The translations under genes were made by a program, and so were the position numbers. Positions 23,081 through 32,202 of a DNA stretch of 64,000 nt are shown here, in pieces (position 1 is the first letter of the stretch; every line of letters starts with the position of its first letter). The DNA comes from an uncultured Verrucomicrobiae bacterium (GTDB lineage: Bacteria; Verrucomicrobiota; Verrucomicrobiia; Chthoniobacterales; UBA10450). A model generated the notes under the pieces. That model had not been told where the DNA came from. It saw nothing but the letters and a program-made list of their open reading frames with translations, and did not search any database. The stretch lies in assembly GCA_963772365.1 (NCBI GenBank), contig CAVYXA010000001.1, forward strand, positions 1,632,001-1,696,000, given 5' to 3'.

Positions 23081-23281
23081 CGAGAGCTCCAAATTAAAAG
23101 CGCCAAATTCCAAGATTCAAAATTGGAGCTCTCACGCTTCCCTCGGAATGGTACAGCTCAATTTCTCCATTCATTTAGCGCCGCAATCTTTTCGTTTGCC
23201 CTGCTGACGGCTCGGCACGGCACGGTTGCCTTTCGTTGAGAAAACCTTAAGCTCTTTTCCCCGCGAAGACGCAGACGAGAT

Positions 23282-23357
23282 GGTGGTCGTAGCTCAATGG
23301 TAGAGCCCCAGATTGTGGTTCTGGTTGTTGCGGGTTCGAGTCCCGTCGACCACCCCA
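23282..23357 (+). tRNA. tRNA-His(GTG)
   Basis: G(-1)-GTGGTCG acceptor pairs with CGACCAC, discriminator C, encoded CCA. Anticodon arm CCAGA-TTGTGGT-TCTGG, T-loop TTCGAGT. Confidence 0.97.
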
Positions 23358-23425
23358 GATTATTGTCGATTGTTCGAGTGGCGTTCTTGCAGTTTCGAAT
23401 AGACAATGGACAATCAAATTTCCCT

Positions 23426-23499
23426 GTGTCTGTAGCTCAACTGGATAGAGCATCTGACTTCGGATCAGAAGGTTGGGGGTTCGAATCCCTCCAGACACG
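23426..23499 (+). tRNA. tRNA-Arg(TCG)
   Basis: Acceptor GTGTCTG/CAGACAC, D-arm TAGCTCAACTGGATAGAGC, anticodon arm TCTGA-CTTCGGA-TCAGA, T-loop TTCGAAT. No encoded CCA. Confidence 0.95.
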
Positions 23500-23517
23500 A
23501 TCCGCTGCTGGTGAAGA

Positions 23518-25098
23518 TCAGGGTTTCCTCTTGAAAACCACGAGGCTGCATCGTTCGACATCAACTTTTGCCAAAGGTTCCTGCCAGCCAGAAGTCTTGT
23601 CGCCTATCAAATAACCGCCCACAAGATCGTATCTTTCATTGAGAACCTTGTTCAGGTAATCTAAAAAACCTGGAGGAGTCGTGCGTTGGCTCAACCAGCT
23701 CGTGGCCAGACGGACGATCGCAACAACCGCAGGAGGCCGCGACTCCAGATCGTGGATCGCTTCCGATTGATAACGCTCCGCGACAGTCGTTGGAATCATT
23801 AACGGATAGATAATTGCGAATCGAGAACAACTGAACCGGTCGGCGTAATAAAGGATTTGCGGTTCCGATCCCGCGATGAACACGCAATCTTTGGGCGAGG
23901 TCAGTCTCTTTACGTGACCGGCGACCAGCTTCGATTCAAGAAATGGGCTCCATGTTTTCATCTTCGCGGCGGCGAAATCTTTCTTGCTGGCTAGTAACGA
24001 AGGAACATCAGGTAGACACGCTCCGATCACCAAGACAGCTGTTAGCGCTGAGCCGAACCAGGACGGCAGCGTCAGTCGTGTTCGTCTTAGTCGGCAATCA
24101 AGGTTGTGAATCCCGATCGCGACGAGCAGCGCCCAAAACGGCATAACGGTCACATAATATTGCCGATACGGGCTGCCGGCGGTTGTCATCCACGCGGCCA
24201 GAAAAATCAGCGTCCAAAAAAATGTTCGCGGCCATCGGCCGACTAGAATCAGGCCGAGCGAAGGAAATAAAAACCACCACGCGATCCAAAGTTCCTGCAG
24301 CCGGTGGCCCAGGTTCCTCCACCCAAATGTCGCGGCGGCGTATGATTGGTTGTATTCAATTGTGCATTCCCAAAGCGACCTGCCACCATCGTGGATTAGA
24401 AAAAAAACCAGCGCTGCTAGCGTCGCGGCGGTGACGCCTAACAAGGCGAAGAACCAGCATTTCGCCAGGTGACTCACGCTCCGTTTCCGACGCCATTCAT
24501 CGAGCGACGCGGCGACGAATAGCAAGACGCACAATGGGAACGACGTGTATTTGTAACAGATCGCTACCGCGCCCAGAACGCCGCCGGTCAGCCAATATCC
24601 GGGGCCGCCGCCCGAGTGACGAGCGCGCACGTAGACGGCCAGCGTGCCCATTACCGGCAGAAGCATGAACATCTCAGTGTTTGCCGTGAATTGAGTGATC
24701 CCAGGCAAAAGGATCATTGGCGTCATCAGCCACATCGCGGAAAACGAGACACTTCTTCCAAACTCCTTTTGGCCGATGTAACCGAGTAGACACGTCGCCA
24801 GCCCAGCGAATAAGTAAGCCAGGATACGAGGAAACCAGTAGAGACCCGGCGCGACCAAATTAGCCAATAGATAGGTGTAAATCACCATTGGCGGTTTTTG
24901 CAGAAAGGAGTTTTGATATGGTGCGAGCCCATGTCTGAGGAGTTGTGCTGCATAGGCGTATTCGCCTTCATCGCGAATCAGGGGCGCATCGTAACTATTC
25001 CAGCGCAACGCCAGAAAAAGCAGCACGAGTCCGATAATCCCCGCCCAACTCCGTCCGCTTGTCCTGACTTTCGAAACACGATTCGAGTCCGATTCCAT
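23518..25098 (-). CDS. ArnT/PMT-like (GT-C) integral membrane glycosyltransferase
   Basis: PLIRDEGEYAYAAQLL..G.APY....QKPP, ANTEMFMLLP, many TM helices, C-terminal periplasmic domain. Confidence 0.8.
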   Translation of the reverse strand: MESDSNRVSKVRTSGRSWAGIIGLVLLFLALRWNSYDAPLIRDEGEYAYAAQLLRHGLAPYQNSFLQKPPMVIYTYLLANLVAPGLYWFPRILAYLFAGLATCLLGYIGQKEFGRSVSFSAMWLMTPMILLPGITQFTANTEMFMLLPVMGTLAVYVRARHSGGGPGYWLTGGVLGAVAICYKYTSFPLCVLLFVAASLDEWRRKRSVSHLAKCWFFALLGVTAATLAALVFFLIHDGGRSLWECTIEYNQSYAAATFGWRNLGHRLQELWIAWWFLFPSLGLILVGRWPRTFFWTLIFLAAWMTTAGSPYRQYYVTVMPFWALLVAIGIHNLDCRLRRTRLTLPSWFGSALTAVLVIGACLPDVPSLLASKKDFAAAKMKTWSPFLESKLVAGHVKRLTSPKDCVFIAGSEPQILYYADRFSCSRFAIIYPLMIPTTVAERYQSEAIHDLESRPPAVVAIVRLATSWLSQRTTPPGFLDYLNKVLNERYDLVGGYLIGDKTSGWQEPLAKVDVERCSLVVFKRKP

Positions 25099-25156
25099 TA
25101 GAAGTTTAATAATCTTCTTCTTGTTTTGGTCAGTCTTTTTAAAATAGCGAACACAA

Positions 25157-25840
25157 ATGAAGCTTACGGCCTCGCGCTTCGAGCTCGATTCGATGGTTCG
25201 AGACATCGAGCTCACACTGGTCAGCATCATTCAAGGTGTGGCGCTGACCGTGTTGATCGAAAACGCGAAAGATGTGATGACGAAAATGGACTGGCCAGCC
25301 TGGCCTTATGTGCTGGCCGGCTTGTTCGTCATATTCGTTTTCTGGTCGCGAGCCGTGTTGCACATCATCACGGTGATTCGCTGGCCGCTCGAGTTCGGAC
25401 ACAACTTTCTTTACGTCGCCTGCGCCCTGGTGGAATCCCTCGCTTTTTCGCAACTGGCTACACCGGCGCGTTGGTTCGGATTCGGCGCGGGTTTCATTGC
25501 CGCTGGCTGGCTCCTGTTTGCCTACGATGTTCGCCTCATCCGGGCCCGAATGGAGGATAGCGCCGGGGAATCGAGTAATCGGTTATTCGCGCTCGTAATG
25601 CGCGACCAATGGCTGAATCTCGGTCTGCTTTTGCCGGCTGTTTTCGTATTGAACCTCGCCTGTGCATTGTCGATCCGCGCCTGGCCGGAAATTCTTCTGG
25701 CCGCAAACGGTCACCTTTGGCTGATTGGGGCACAGTTGATCGCGTTCGTCGTCTACTTGTTTTACGTGGTGAAATTTTATGGCCGGCTCGCGCCCTTGAT
25801 CGATCAAGCGCGAGCGGAATGGCAGATCAAAGAGGAATAG
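25157..25840 (+). CDS. Hypothetical multi-pass membrane protein
   Basis: 227-aa ORF with ~6 hydrophobic segments and an ATG start. No family recognised. Confidence 0.7.
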   Translation: MKLTASRFELDSMVRDIELTLVSIIQGVALTVLIENAKDVMTKMDWPAWPYVLAGLFVIFVFWSRAVLHIITVIRWPLEFGHNFLYVACALVESLAFSQLATPARWFGFGAGFIAAGWLLFAYDVRLIRARMEDSAGESSNRLFALVMRDQWLNLGLLLPAVFVLNLACALSIRAWPEILLAANGHLWLIGAQLIAFVVYLFYVVKFYGRLAPLIDQARAEWQIKEE

Positions 25841-26005
25841 ACGACTCGAAAATCGAGCGCCGAAATTCCGCGCAGTTGTTTTTCGGCCAAACCAGACGAT
25901 ACTTCAGCGTTTCATTCGGATGAGTATCGGCAACAGGGTGAAACCGCAAAGTTCCCCCGAACATCGGTAAAGCGAGAACTCGTTATCGGGTTGGAGAAAA
26001 AACTT

Positions 26006-26209
26006 ATGATACCCACAGCCAAAAAGAATGGACCGGTCATTAAACGCATTCTGGTCCGATGCCCTTCCACCGCGAAACTGACTTCAACGGGTCAAACTGT
26101 TGAGGAACAGCTCTGGCCTACGACAAAACTGAAAAGCCAGCGCTTCAACTGTTCCCATTGCGGGCAGACCCACACTTGGAACAAAAAAGACGTCGTTCTG
26201 GCGCGATAA
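26006..26209 (+). CDS. Small zinc-ribbon-like protein
   Basis: RBS-like GGAGA upstream. Reads ..ILVRCPST...FNCSHCGQTHTWNKKDV. Confidence 0.6.
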   Translation: MIPTAKKNGPVIKRILVRCPSTAKLTSTGQTVEEQLWPTTKLKSQRFNCSHCGQTHTWNKKDVVLAR

Positions 26210-26277
26210 CGCGTCCCAGCCTTTAGCAGGTCCGAATCGACGACGCTTTCTCGTTTCGATAACATCGACAGCTCTCG

Positions 26278-27234
26278 ATGAAGACGATTCGGAGGACTGG
26301 TCCGCCGGATCGGTTGCGCCTGACGAAGCGCAGCCGGATCGCGCGAAGTCGATGGGTGGTTCCAACTGTCGATCAAATCATGGCCGAGGAACGCGCAGCT
26401 GCGTTCACCAGACGCAGCATTAAGGGTTCGGCCAAACTGCAAGGCCTCAAGATGGCGGTCTCGATGATGGATCTGACCACGCTCGAAGGAAAGGATACGC
26501 CCGGCAAAATTGCGTTCCTCTGCCGCAAAGCGATGCAACCTCTCGATCCGCGCTACGATGTTCCCCCATGCGCCGCAGTTTGTATTTATCCAAACCTGGT
26601 GCCGTTCGCTAAGAAATTTCTCGGCATTTCGCGAGTCAAAGTCGCATCTGTAGCCACGGCATTCCCGACCGGACTGATGCCGTTGAAACTAAAACTCGAA
26701 GAAGTTCGCGGTGCCGTGCGAGATGGCGCGGACGAAATCGATATGGTGATCGATCGGGGCGCTTTTCTGACCGGCGATCATGGCCGGGTATTCGATGAGA
26801 TCGCTGCTACGAAAGAGGCGTGCGGAAGCGCGCACCTTAAAGTGATTCTCGAAACTGGCGAGCTGCAAATCTACGACAACGTTCGCATCGCCAGCGAGAT
26901 CGCGATGCGCGCCGGCGCAGATTTCATCAAAACATCGACAGGAAAAATTTCGCCCGCCGCGACGATGCCGGTCACCTTGGTGATGCTCGAGGCAATCCGC
27001 GATTATTTTTACGCAACGGGTATTCGCATCGGGATGAAACCGGCCGGAGGAATTCGCACCGCCAAACAAGCTCTCGGATATCTCGTGATGGTGAAGGAAA
27101 CCCTGGGCGACGACTGGCTCACGCCAGAGTTGTTCCGCTTCGGCGCCAGCACATTGGTCAACGATGTTCTCATGCAAATCGTGAAGATCGTGGATGGAAA
27201 TTATCAGGCGCCGGACTATTTTTCTCTGCCCTGA
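26278..27234 (+). CDS. deoC: Deoxyribose-phosphate aldolase
   Basis: MDLTTLEG.DT, SVATAFP, GADEIDMVI, LKVILETGEL, FIKTSTGK, KPAGGIR, FRFGAS. Exact start uncertain. Confidence 0.95.
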   Translation: MKTIRRTGPPDRLRLTKRSRIARSRWVVPTVDQIMAEERAAAFTRRSIKGSAKLQGLKMAVSMMDLTTLEGKDTPGKIAFLCRKAMQPLDPRYDVPPCAAVCIYPNLVPFAKKFLGISRVKVASVATAFPTGLMPLKLKLEEVRGAVRDGADEIDMVIDRGAFLTGDHGRVFDEIAATKEACGSAHLKVILETGELQIYDNVRIASEIAMRAGADFIKTSTGKISPAATMPVTLVMLEAIRDYFYATGIRIGMKPAGGIRTAKQALGYLVMVKETLGDDWLTPELFRFGASTLVNDVLMQIVKIVDGNYQAPDYFSLP

Positions 27235-27292
27235 GCGGCGCGTTGGCGAGCGAGCGGCTGGCTAAATTCCATGGAGGATCGACATTTGATCC

Positions 27293-27748
27293 TCATCTTA
27301 GCCGCGGATCATACCGGAAACGCGCTGGCTTTGCGACCCACTCAAGCCGGAACTGCGGATGCCGCGGATTAATCAACGCATTGCTTTCCACTGGCACTAT
27401 TACGCTCGGCACGACTAACGCCGCGCTGCGCTGTGCTGCGATCCATTCATCGCCCGCTGTACGGCTCCCGGCGCTAACCGGCTCTGCGTCCCATTGTTTG
27501 GGCAACGGACGCAATTCCTCGACCAGCCGATCAGGCACCTCGATCGCAAAGAGCCAGCGTTCTTCCGACTCCCGCAGCGTCCGGACGTGCACAAGAGTTT
27601 CGAGACAGGCCAGCGCTACCGAGCTCGAAGTGTAAACGAGACGTGTGCCGAGGGAATTCCAACGGCCCGCAGCATGCAGGCCGCCTTCTCCGCTAAACGC
27701 CTGCGACGGCTTTGGGCGATCGAGCGTTTCGAGGCGATAGAACGTCAC
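27293..27748 (-). CDS. RES-domain toxin
   Basis: FSGEGG...GRWNS.G..VYTSSS.ALACLETLVH, LVVPSVIVP.E.N.LINP.HP. GTG start overlaps the antitoxin stop (GTGA). Confidence 0.9.
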   Translation of the reverse strand: MTFYRLETLDRPKPSQAFSGEGGLHAAGRWNSLGTRLVYTSSSVALACLETLVHVRTLRESEERWLFAIEVPDRLVEELRPLPKQWDAEPVSAGSRTAGDEWIAAQRSAALVVPSVIVPVESNALINPRHPQFRLEWVAKPARFRYDPRLR

Positions 27749-28170
27749 GCATAAACTCCCCACTTGATGGATTGCAGGAGATTAGTGACTTCCTGCGCGC
27801 CTACGTCGGTATCGAGCAACTCGAGCGGGCGTTTTCCGCCTAACGCGGGGATCTGGTCGTTTACCCATTGCCGCGCCTTGTCTTCACTCCCGAGCACTTC
27901 GCTGGCCTGGGTAAACACGCGCGCCACGCGCAAACTCTTCTCGGCTTCATCGGCGGAAAGCCGGCGGGATTTCCGCTTGCGCAACGTCTGGGCGTTGATG
28001 TGCAGCCTGCGCGCGAGCGCTTCCTTTCCGACACCGAGCGCACTTGCCAACTGATCGAACACCTGCGCCGCAATTCCTTTGCGAATGGTTTCGATCTGCT
28101 CCAGCGGCGATAGCGCCGCAATGGCAGCCACTTTGGCAGTGGGTCCTTTCTGTCGGGAGATTGTCGGCAT
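27745..28170 (-). CDS. Xre/MbcA/ParS-type antitoxin
   Basis: HTH region plus C-terminal ARQWV...IPALGGKRPLELLDTDVGAQEV..LL.SIKWGVYA. Confidence 0.9.
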   Translation of the reverse strand: MPTISRQKGPTAKVAAIAALSPLEQIETIRKGIAAQVFDQLASALGVGKEALARRLHINAQTLRKRKSRRLSADEAEKSLRVARVFTQASEVLGSEDKARQWVNDQIPALGGKRPLELLDTDVGAQEVTNLLQSIKWGVYA

Positions 28171-28175
28171 GCTTC

Positions 28176-28204
28176 AGGATAAACGGTAATTCTACCGTAA
28201 GCAA
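28176..28204 (-). promoter_or_regulatory. Sigma-70 promoter with palindromic operator for the TA operon (probably leaderless)
   Basis: Minus strand TTGCTT-N17-TATCCT-N5-ATG. The spacer contains the perfect inverted repeat ACGGTA-N4-TACCGT (28183-28198). Confidence 0.65.
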
Positions 28205-28243
28205 CTGGTAAATCTACTCATTTCGCGCCAGTTGATGCGCGAT

Positions 28244-28939
28244 CTACTTCTCCCTGCCCTGAGCAGCCGCCGCATTTTCTGGCAACCGGGCCACGCCGGT
28301 TCGCAGAAATTTTTTGCCGCTTGGGCAAAGGCGAAAGACTTCGCATTGGCCGCAATCCGGCTTGCGAGCGTAACAGCGCCGGCGGCCATGCCAGATGAGC
28401 CAATGACTCCAATTTGTCCAATGCTCGCGTGGCACGAGTTTCATCAGGTCGCGCTCGATTTTTTCCGCGTCGGAATGTTTCGTTAGGCCGAGGCGTTGCG
28501 ACAGCCGAATCACGTGGGTATCCGCCACGATCCCCTCGTCTTTATGGAAGGCATTCCCCAGCACCACGTTTGCGGTCTTGCGGCCAACACCGGGCAGATC
28601 GACCAGCGCTTCCATTGTCGATGGTAATTTGCCGCCATGTTTTCCTGCAATCACGCCCATCGCTCCGCGAATGCTTTTGGTTTTGCTGCGGAAAAAACCG
28701 GTCGATTTGATCGCGTTCTCCAGCTCGGTCTGCGGCGCATTAGCGTAATCTCTAGCCGTCCGATATTTCCTGAACAGGGCCGGCGTAACTATGTTTACTC
28801 GTTTGTCGGTGCATTGGGCCGACAGAATCGTGGCGACAAGCAGCTGGAGAGGATTGCGAAAATCGAGCTCGCAATGCGCATTGGGATAAATCTTTGGCCA
28901 GACCTTAACAAGTTCGGCCACACGTTCGCGCGCGGTCAT
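28244..28939 (-). CDS. nth: Endonuclease III
   Basis: LLVATILSAQCTDKRVN, HhH LPGVGRKTANVV, DTHV.R, Fe-S motif C.ARKPDC..C....C. Confidence 0.95.
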   Translation of the reverse strand: MTARERVAELVKVWPKIYPNAHCELDFRNPLQLLVATILSAQCTDKRVNIVTPALFRKYRTARDYANAPQTELENAIKSTGFFRSKTKSIRGAMGVIAGKHGGKLPSTMEALVDLPGVGRKTANVVLGNAFHKDEGIVADTHVIRLSQRLGLTKHSDAEKIERDLMKLVPREHWTNWSHWLIWHGRRRCYARKPDCGQCEVFRLCPSGKKFLRTGVARLPENAAAAQGREK

Positions 28940-28994
28940 CTGCCAACTATTTCTGTCGCTGTCGATCTTGCAACAGATTAGCGTCTGCCAAAGA

Positions 28995-29765
28995 ATGCGA
29001 TCCGCGCGATTAATTCTGATTCTCGGCTTTGTTCTCGCGAAAACGGGACTGGCTGAATGGCAGGTTGTTCACGCAACCGGCGAGCCCTCGGCGGAATCGC
29101 TCGTTATTCATCGCCATATTACCGTGACGGAATCGCAGACCGGGGAGCGGGCCGTTGTCGATCTTGCCATTTTCTCCTCGAAGTCATGCACCTTGCGCGT
29201 GATTGAAAATAAGAACGGCGAGACCAATCTCGCTGAAGCCGTGAAGAGTGGCGGATGTGTAGCCGGCGTGAACGGTGGTTACTTCGACGCCGAGTTTCAG
29301 CCCATTGGGTTACGAATCATTAAGGGGAAAACGATCTCGCTTTTGAAGCGGGCGAAATTATTAACCGGTGTCCTGGAGGTGACCCCGCATCAGTCGAAAA
29401 TCGTGCGGTCCAGCGAATTTTCGATGAAACAAAAACTGCTCTCGGCGATTCAGTGCGGGCCATTCCTTGTCGATGCTGACCGGCGCGTTCGCGGTTTGAA
29501 CGATTCGCGGCCGGCCCGGCGAACATTTGCTCTCATAACACGCGGCAATCGCGCCGCGCTCGGCGTTTGCTCGGAAATCACTCTGGCTCAACTGGCCGAA
29601 ATCTTGGCCACGCTTCCGCTGATTGATGATCTCAAGACAGCGCGTGCATTGAATCTCGATGGCGGATCATCCACTGGATTCTGGTTTGCGCGCGAAAACG
29701 GCGATGCATTTTCCATCTCCGAGCAAAAGCCGGTTCGCGATTTCGTAGCGATTGCTCCAAAATAA
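28995..29765 (+). CDS. Phosphodiester glycosidase (NAGPA-like) family protein
   Basis: Signal peptide, AGVNGGYF, IQCGPFLV, ARRT, ALNLDGGSST. Confidence 0.85.
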   Translation: MRSARLILILGFVLAKTGLAEWQVVHATGEPSAESLVIHRHITVTESQTGERAVVDLAIFSSKSCTLRVIENKNGETNLAEAVKSGGCVAGVNGGYFDAEFQPIGLRIIKGKTISLLKRAKLLTGVLEVTPHQSKIVRSSEFSMKQKLLSAIQCGPFLVDADRRVRGLNDSRPARRTFALITRGNRAALGVCSEITLAQLAEILATLPLIDDLKTARALNLDGGSSTGFWFARENGDAFSISEQKPVRDFVAIAPK

Positions 29766-29832
29766 TCCACACAAAATTTTCTGAAGCTCTCCTTTTCCAA
29801 TCGCCAAGGATCTGCGTAATCTGCCGACTTCC

Positions 29833-30591
29833 ATGCGCACATTTGGCGGCTTCCGGTCCGGCGACAAATTTTTCTACGGTGAATTGCAAGGCCAGGACGT
29901 CCATATCCTGGCGCGTCCCTACTGGAATGGGATCGAGCCGACCGGAATGTTTTACAAGTTAAGCGATGTCGCTGTCGATCTCCCGGTCGCGCCGTCGAAG
30001 CTGATCGCCGTCGGGCTCAATTATACCGAGCACATTCGCGAGATGTCGCGAACGCCGCTGGGCACGCCGTTGATCTGGTTCAAAGCGCCGAGTTCGCTTC
30101 TGGCGAATGAGGGAAAGATCGAAATCGCATTCCCAGATCATCAAACCGATTTCGAAATCGAGCTGGCGGTTGTGATCGGCGCTCGCGTAAAGAATGTGAG
30201 CGCCAAACAGGCCCGGGAAGCGATTTTCGGATACACGATCGGGCTGGATATCAGCGATCGCGATCTACAGAAAACGGAAAAGCAATTTGGACGCTGCAAG
30301 TCATTCGATACCTACACGCCGGTGGGTCCATTTGTTTACGCCGATGTCGATGTTCGCGATTTGCCTATCGAGCTGCGGCAGAATGATGAGCTCAAACAAA
30401 ACGCGCGAACGAGCCAGATGATTTATTCCGTAGCGGAAATCATTTCTTTCGCGAGCCGGGCGATGACCCTTCAACCTGGCGACGTCATTTTAACGGGAAC
30501 ACCATCCGGCGTCGGCCCCCTCCGCAATGGAGATCGATTGGAAGCGCGCATAGGAGACTGGCCGCAATTAGAGGTGAATGTGGTTATTTGA
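29833..30591 (+). CDS. Fumarylacetoacetate hydrolase family protein
   Basis: VGLNY..HI.EM, FEIELAVVIG, DISDRDLQ, KSFDTYTPVGP, GDVILTGTPSGVG. Confidence 0.9.
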   Translation: MRTFGGFRSGDKFFYGELQGQDVHILARPYWNGIEPTGMFYKLSDVAVDLPVAPSKLIAVGLNYTEHIREMSRTPLGTPLIWFKAPSSLLANEGKIEIAFPDHQTDFEIELAVVIGARVKNVSAKQAREAIFGYTIGLDISDRDLQKTEKQFGRCKSFDTYTPVGPFVYADVDVRDLPIELRQNDELKQNARTSQMIYSVAEIISFASRAMTLQPGDVILTGTPSGVGPLRNGDRLEARIGDWPQLEVNVVI

Positions 30592-30761
30592 AATGCTTGC
30601 GTTACGTCCTCCGAATGAAGATAATCCGAATTAATAGAGCCACCGTTGCGAACAGGAGATCGAAGCAAATGAAAGGTAAAAAGTTTTCCTCGACTTTCCC
30701 CCGGCTCATTTGGGATAAGATAACCAACAACGGAGTCGGTAACTCCATTCTTTGCTCAACT

Positions 30762-31724
30762 ATGAAAACACTGCTCATCGTCTGTCTCTGCACCATCACT
30801 GTAACGTTTACTTCATTTGCTCAAAGCCCGCCGCCTCCACCGGACGCAGTCACTTCACCTTCGGGGTCGCCCGCGCAGGTCGAAGCGCCCACACAACCCG
30901 GAGCGACGATGCCTTCGCCGGCAGAAGGGATGTCGCCCGGCGCAGCAATGTCACCTGCAGCGCCGGGAATGTCGCCAGGGGAAGCAATGGGCTCACCTGC
31001 GCCCGGCCAGAGCGTGCCGGTTACGCTTAGTCCGTCGCCTGCCGCTTCTCCAGCTGCCGGCGCGGGGCCATGGGGCGGGGAACGAAAGCTCACTGGTAAT
31101 TTTATCATCGACAATTTCCGGAAGGGTGGCCCGATTATGTGGCCGATTCTGATCGTGTCGATCGTAGCTTTGACGGTCGTGATCGAGCGCGTTTTCTGGT
31201 GGCTGGGCCGTTGGTTCCGGCGCGATCCCAAGCGGATCGAAAAGGTCTTCACCGCAGTCGAGAACGGCGATATTCCCGAAGCTTCGAGACTGTCGCGCGG
31301 TTCGCGGGATCCAGTGCTGCGAATGATGTGGAACGGGCTCAATCACCAGCACGCCTCGCTCCAAGGAGCGTTGCAGGTGGCCGCTGGCATCGAAATCAAA
31401 CGGGCCGGCCGGTTCCTCGTAGTAATGGATACCCTGGTTACGCTGGCTCCCTTGCTCGGTCTGTTGGGAACGGTGACCGGATTGATTCGGTCGTTCAGCT
31501 TTCTCGGTAACGAAGAGCTCGCCGTTCAAGCTGTGACCGGTGGTATCGCCGAAGCTCTCATCGCTACCGCATGCGGTCTGGGTATCGCCATCTTCTCTCT
31601 CATTCCCTTTAACTTTTTCACTTCCCGCGTGTCTAACTTGGAGTTCGAGTTGCAAACCGCGGCCACGAATCTGGAGGTGATGTTGGAAGCGAATGCGAAA
31701 AAGGAAGCTGAAGTCGGCCGATGA
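30762..31724 (+). CDS. exbB: ExbB/TolQ/MotA proton-channel protein with Pro/Ser/Met-rich N-terminal extension
   Basis: KGGPIMWPIL, TLAPLLGLLGTVTGLIRSF, GGIAEALIATACGL. Confidence 0.9.
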   Translation: MKTLLIVCLCTITVTFTSFAQSPPPPPDAVTSPSGSPAQVEAPTQPGATMPSPAEGMSPGAAMSPAAPGMSPGEAMGSPAPGQSVPVTLSPSPAASPAAGAGPWGGERKLTGNFIIDNFRKGGPIMWPILIVSIVALTVVIERVFWWLGRWFRRDPKRIEKVFTAVENGDIPEASRLSRGSRDPVLRMMWNGLNHQHASLQGALQVAAGIEIKRAGRFLVVMDTLVTLAPLLGLLGTVTGLIRSFSFLGNEELAVQAVTGGIAEALIATACGLGIAIFSLIPFNFFTSRVSNLEFELQTAATNLEVMLEANAKKEAEVGR

Positions 31725-31755
31725 TCGACTGAGTATGGCATAAATCCATCAAACT

Positions 31756-32193
31756 ATGACAATAGGTTCTCCAGTACCTCACAAGAAAGCACGGATCGAG
31801 ATCATCCCACTGATCGACATCATGTTCTTCCTACTGGCCAGCTTTATGATGGTGAGCCTGAGCCAGGTGCACATGAAAGGTATCAAGGTCACCCTGCCCA
31901 CAGGTCAATCCGGCGAGACTCAATCGAAGCAAAATTACGTCAGCGTTTCTGTGGATCGGAATGGGAACTTCTTCTTCGACAAGCAGGAGATGAGTTACGA
32001 TGCGATGGCTCAGAAGTTACAACAGGTGCATGAGTCCGATCCCGAGGCGAAAGTGTTCGTTCGGGGCGACGCCGACACTGTTCACGGAAACATCATCCGG
32101 CTTCTCGATCTGCTCCGGGCGGCGGGGTTTTTCAAGATCTCGTTTGAGATTAAGAGCGAAGCCTTGAGCGGAGTGCCCGGCCCCGGCAGATAG
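31756..32193 (+). CDS. exbD: ExbD/TolR family protein
   Basis: IEIIPLIDIMFFLLASFMM, VRGD. Confidence 0.9.
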   Translation: MTIGSPVPHKKARIEIIPLIDIMFFLLASFMMVSLSQVHMKGIKVTLPTGQSGETQSKQNYVSVSVDRNGNFFFDKQEMSYDAMAQKLQQVHESDPEAKVFVRGDADTVHGNIIRLLDLLRAAGFFKISFEIKSEALSGVPGPGR

Positions 32194-32202
32194 GCAGTTT
32201 CT

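Noticed and set aside
23426..28204. tRNA-anchored genomic island carrying the GT-C gene and TA module
   Set aside because: No integrase, no duplicated tRNA 3' end that I could find, and deoC lies within the interval.
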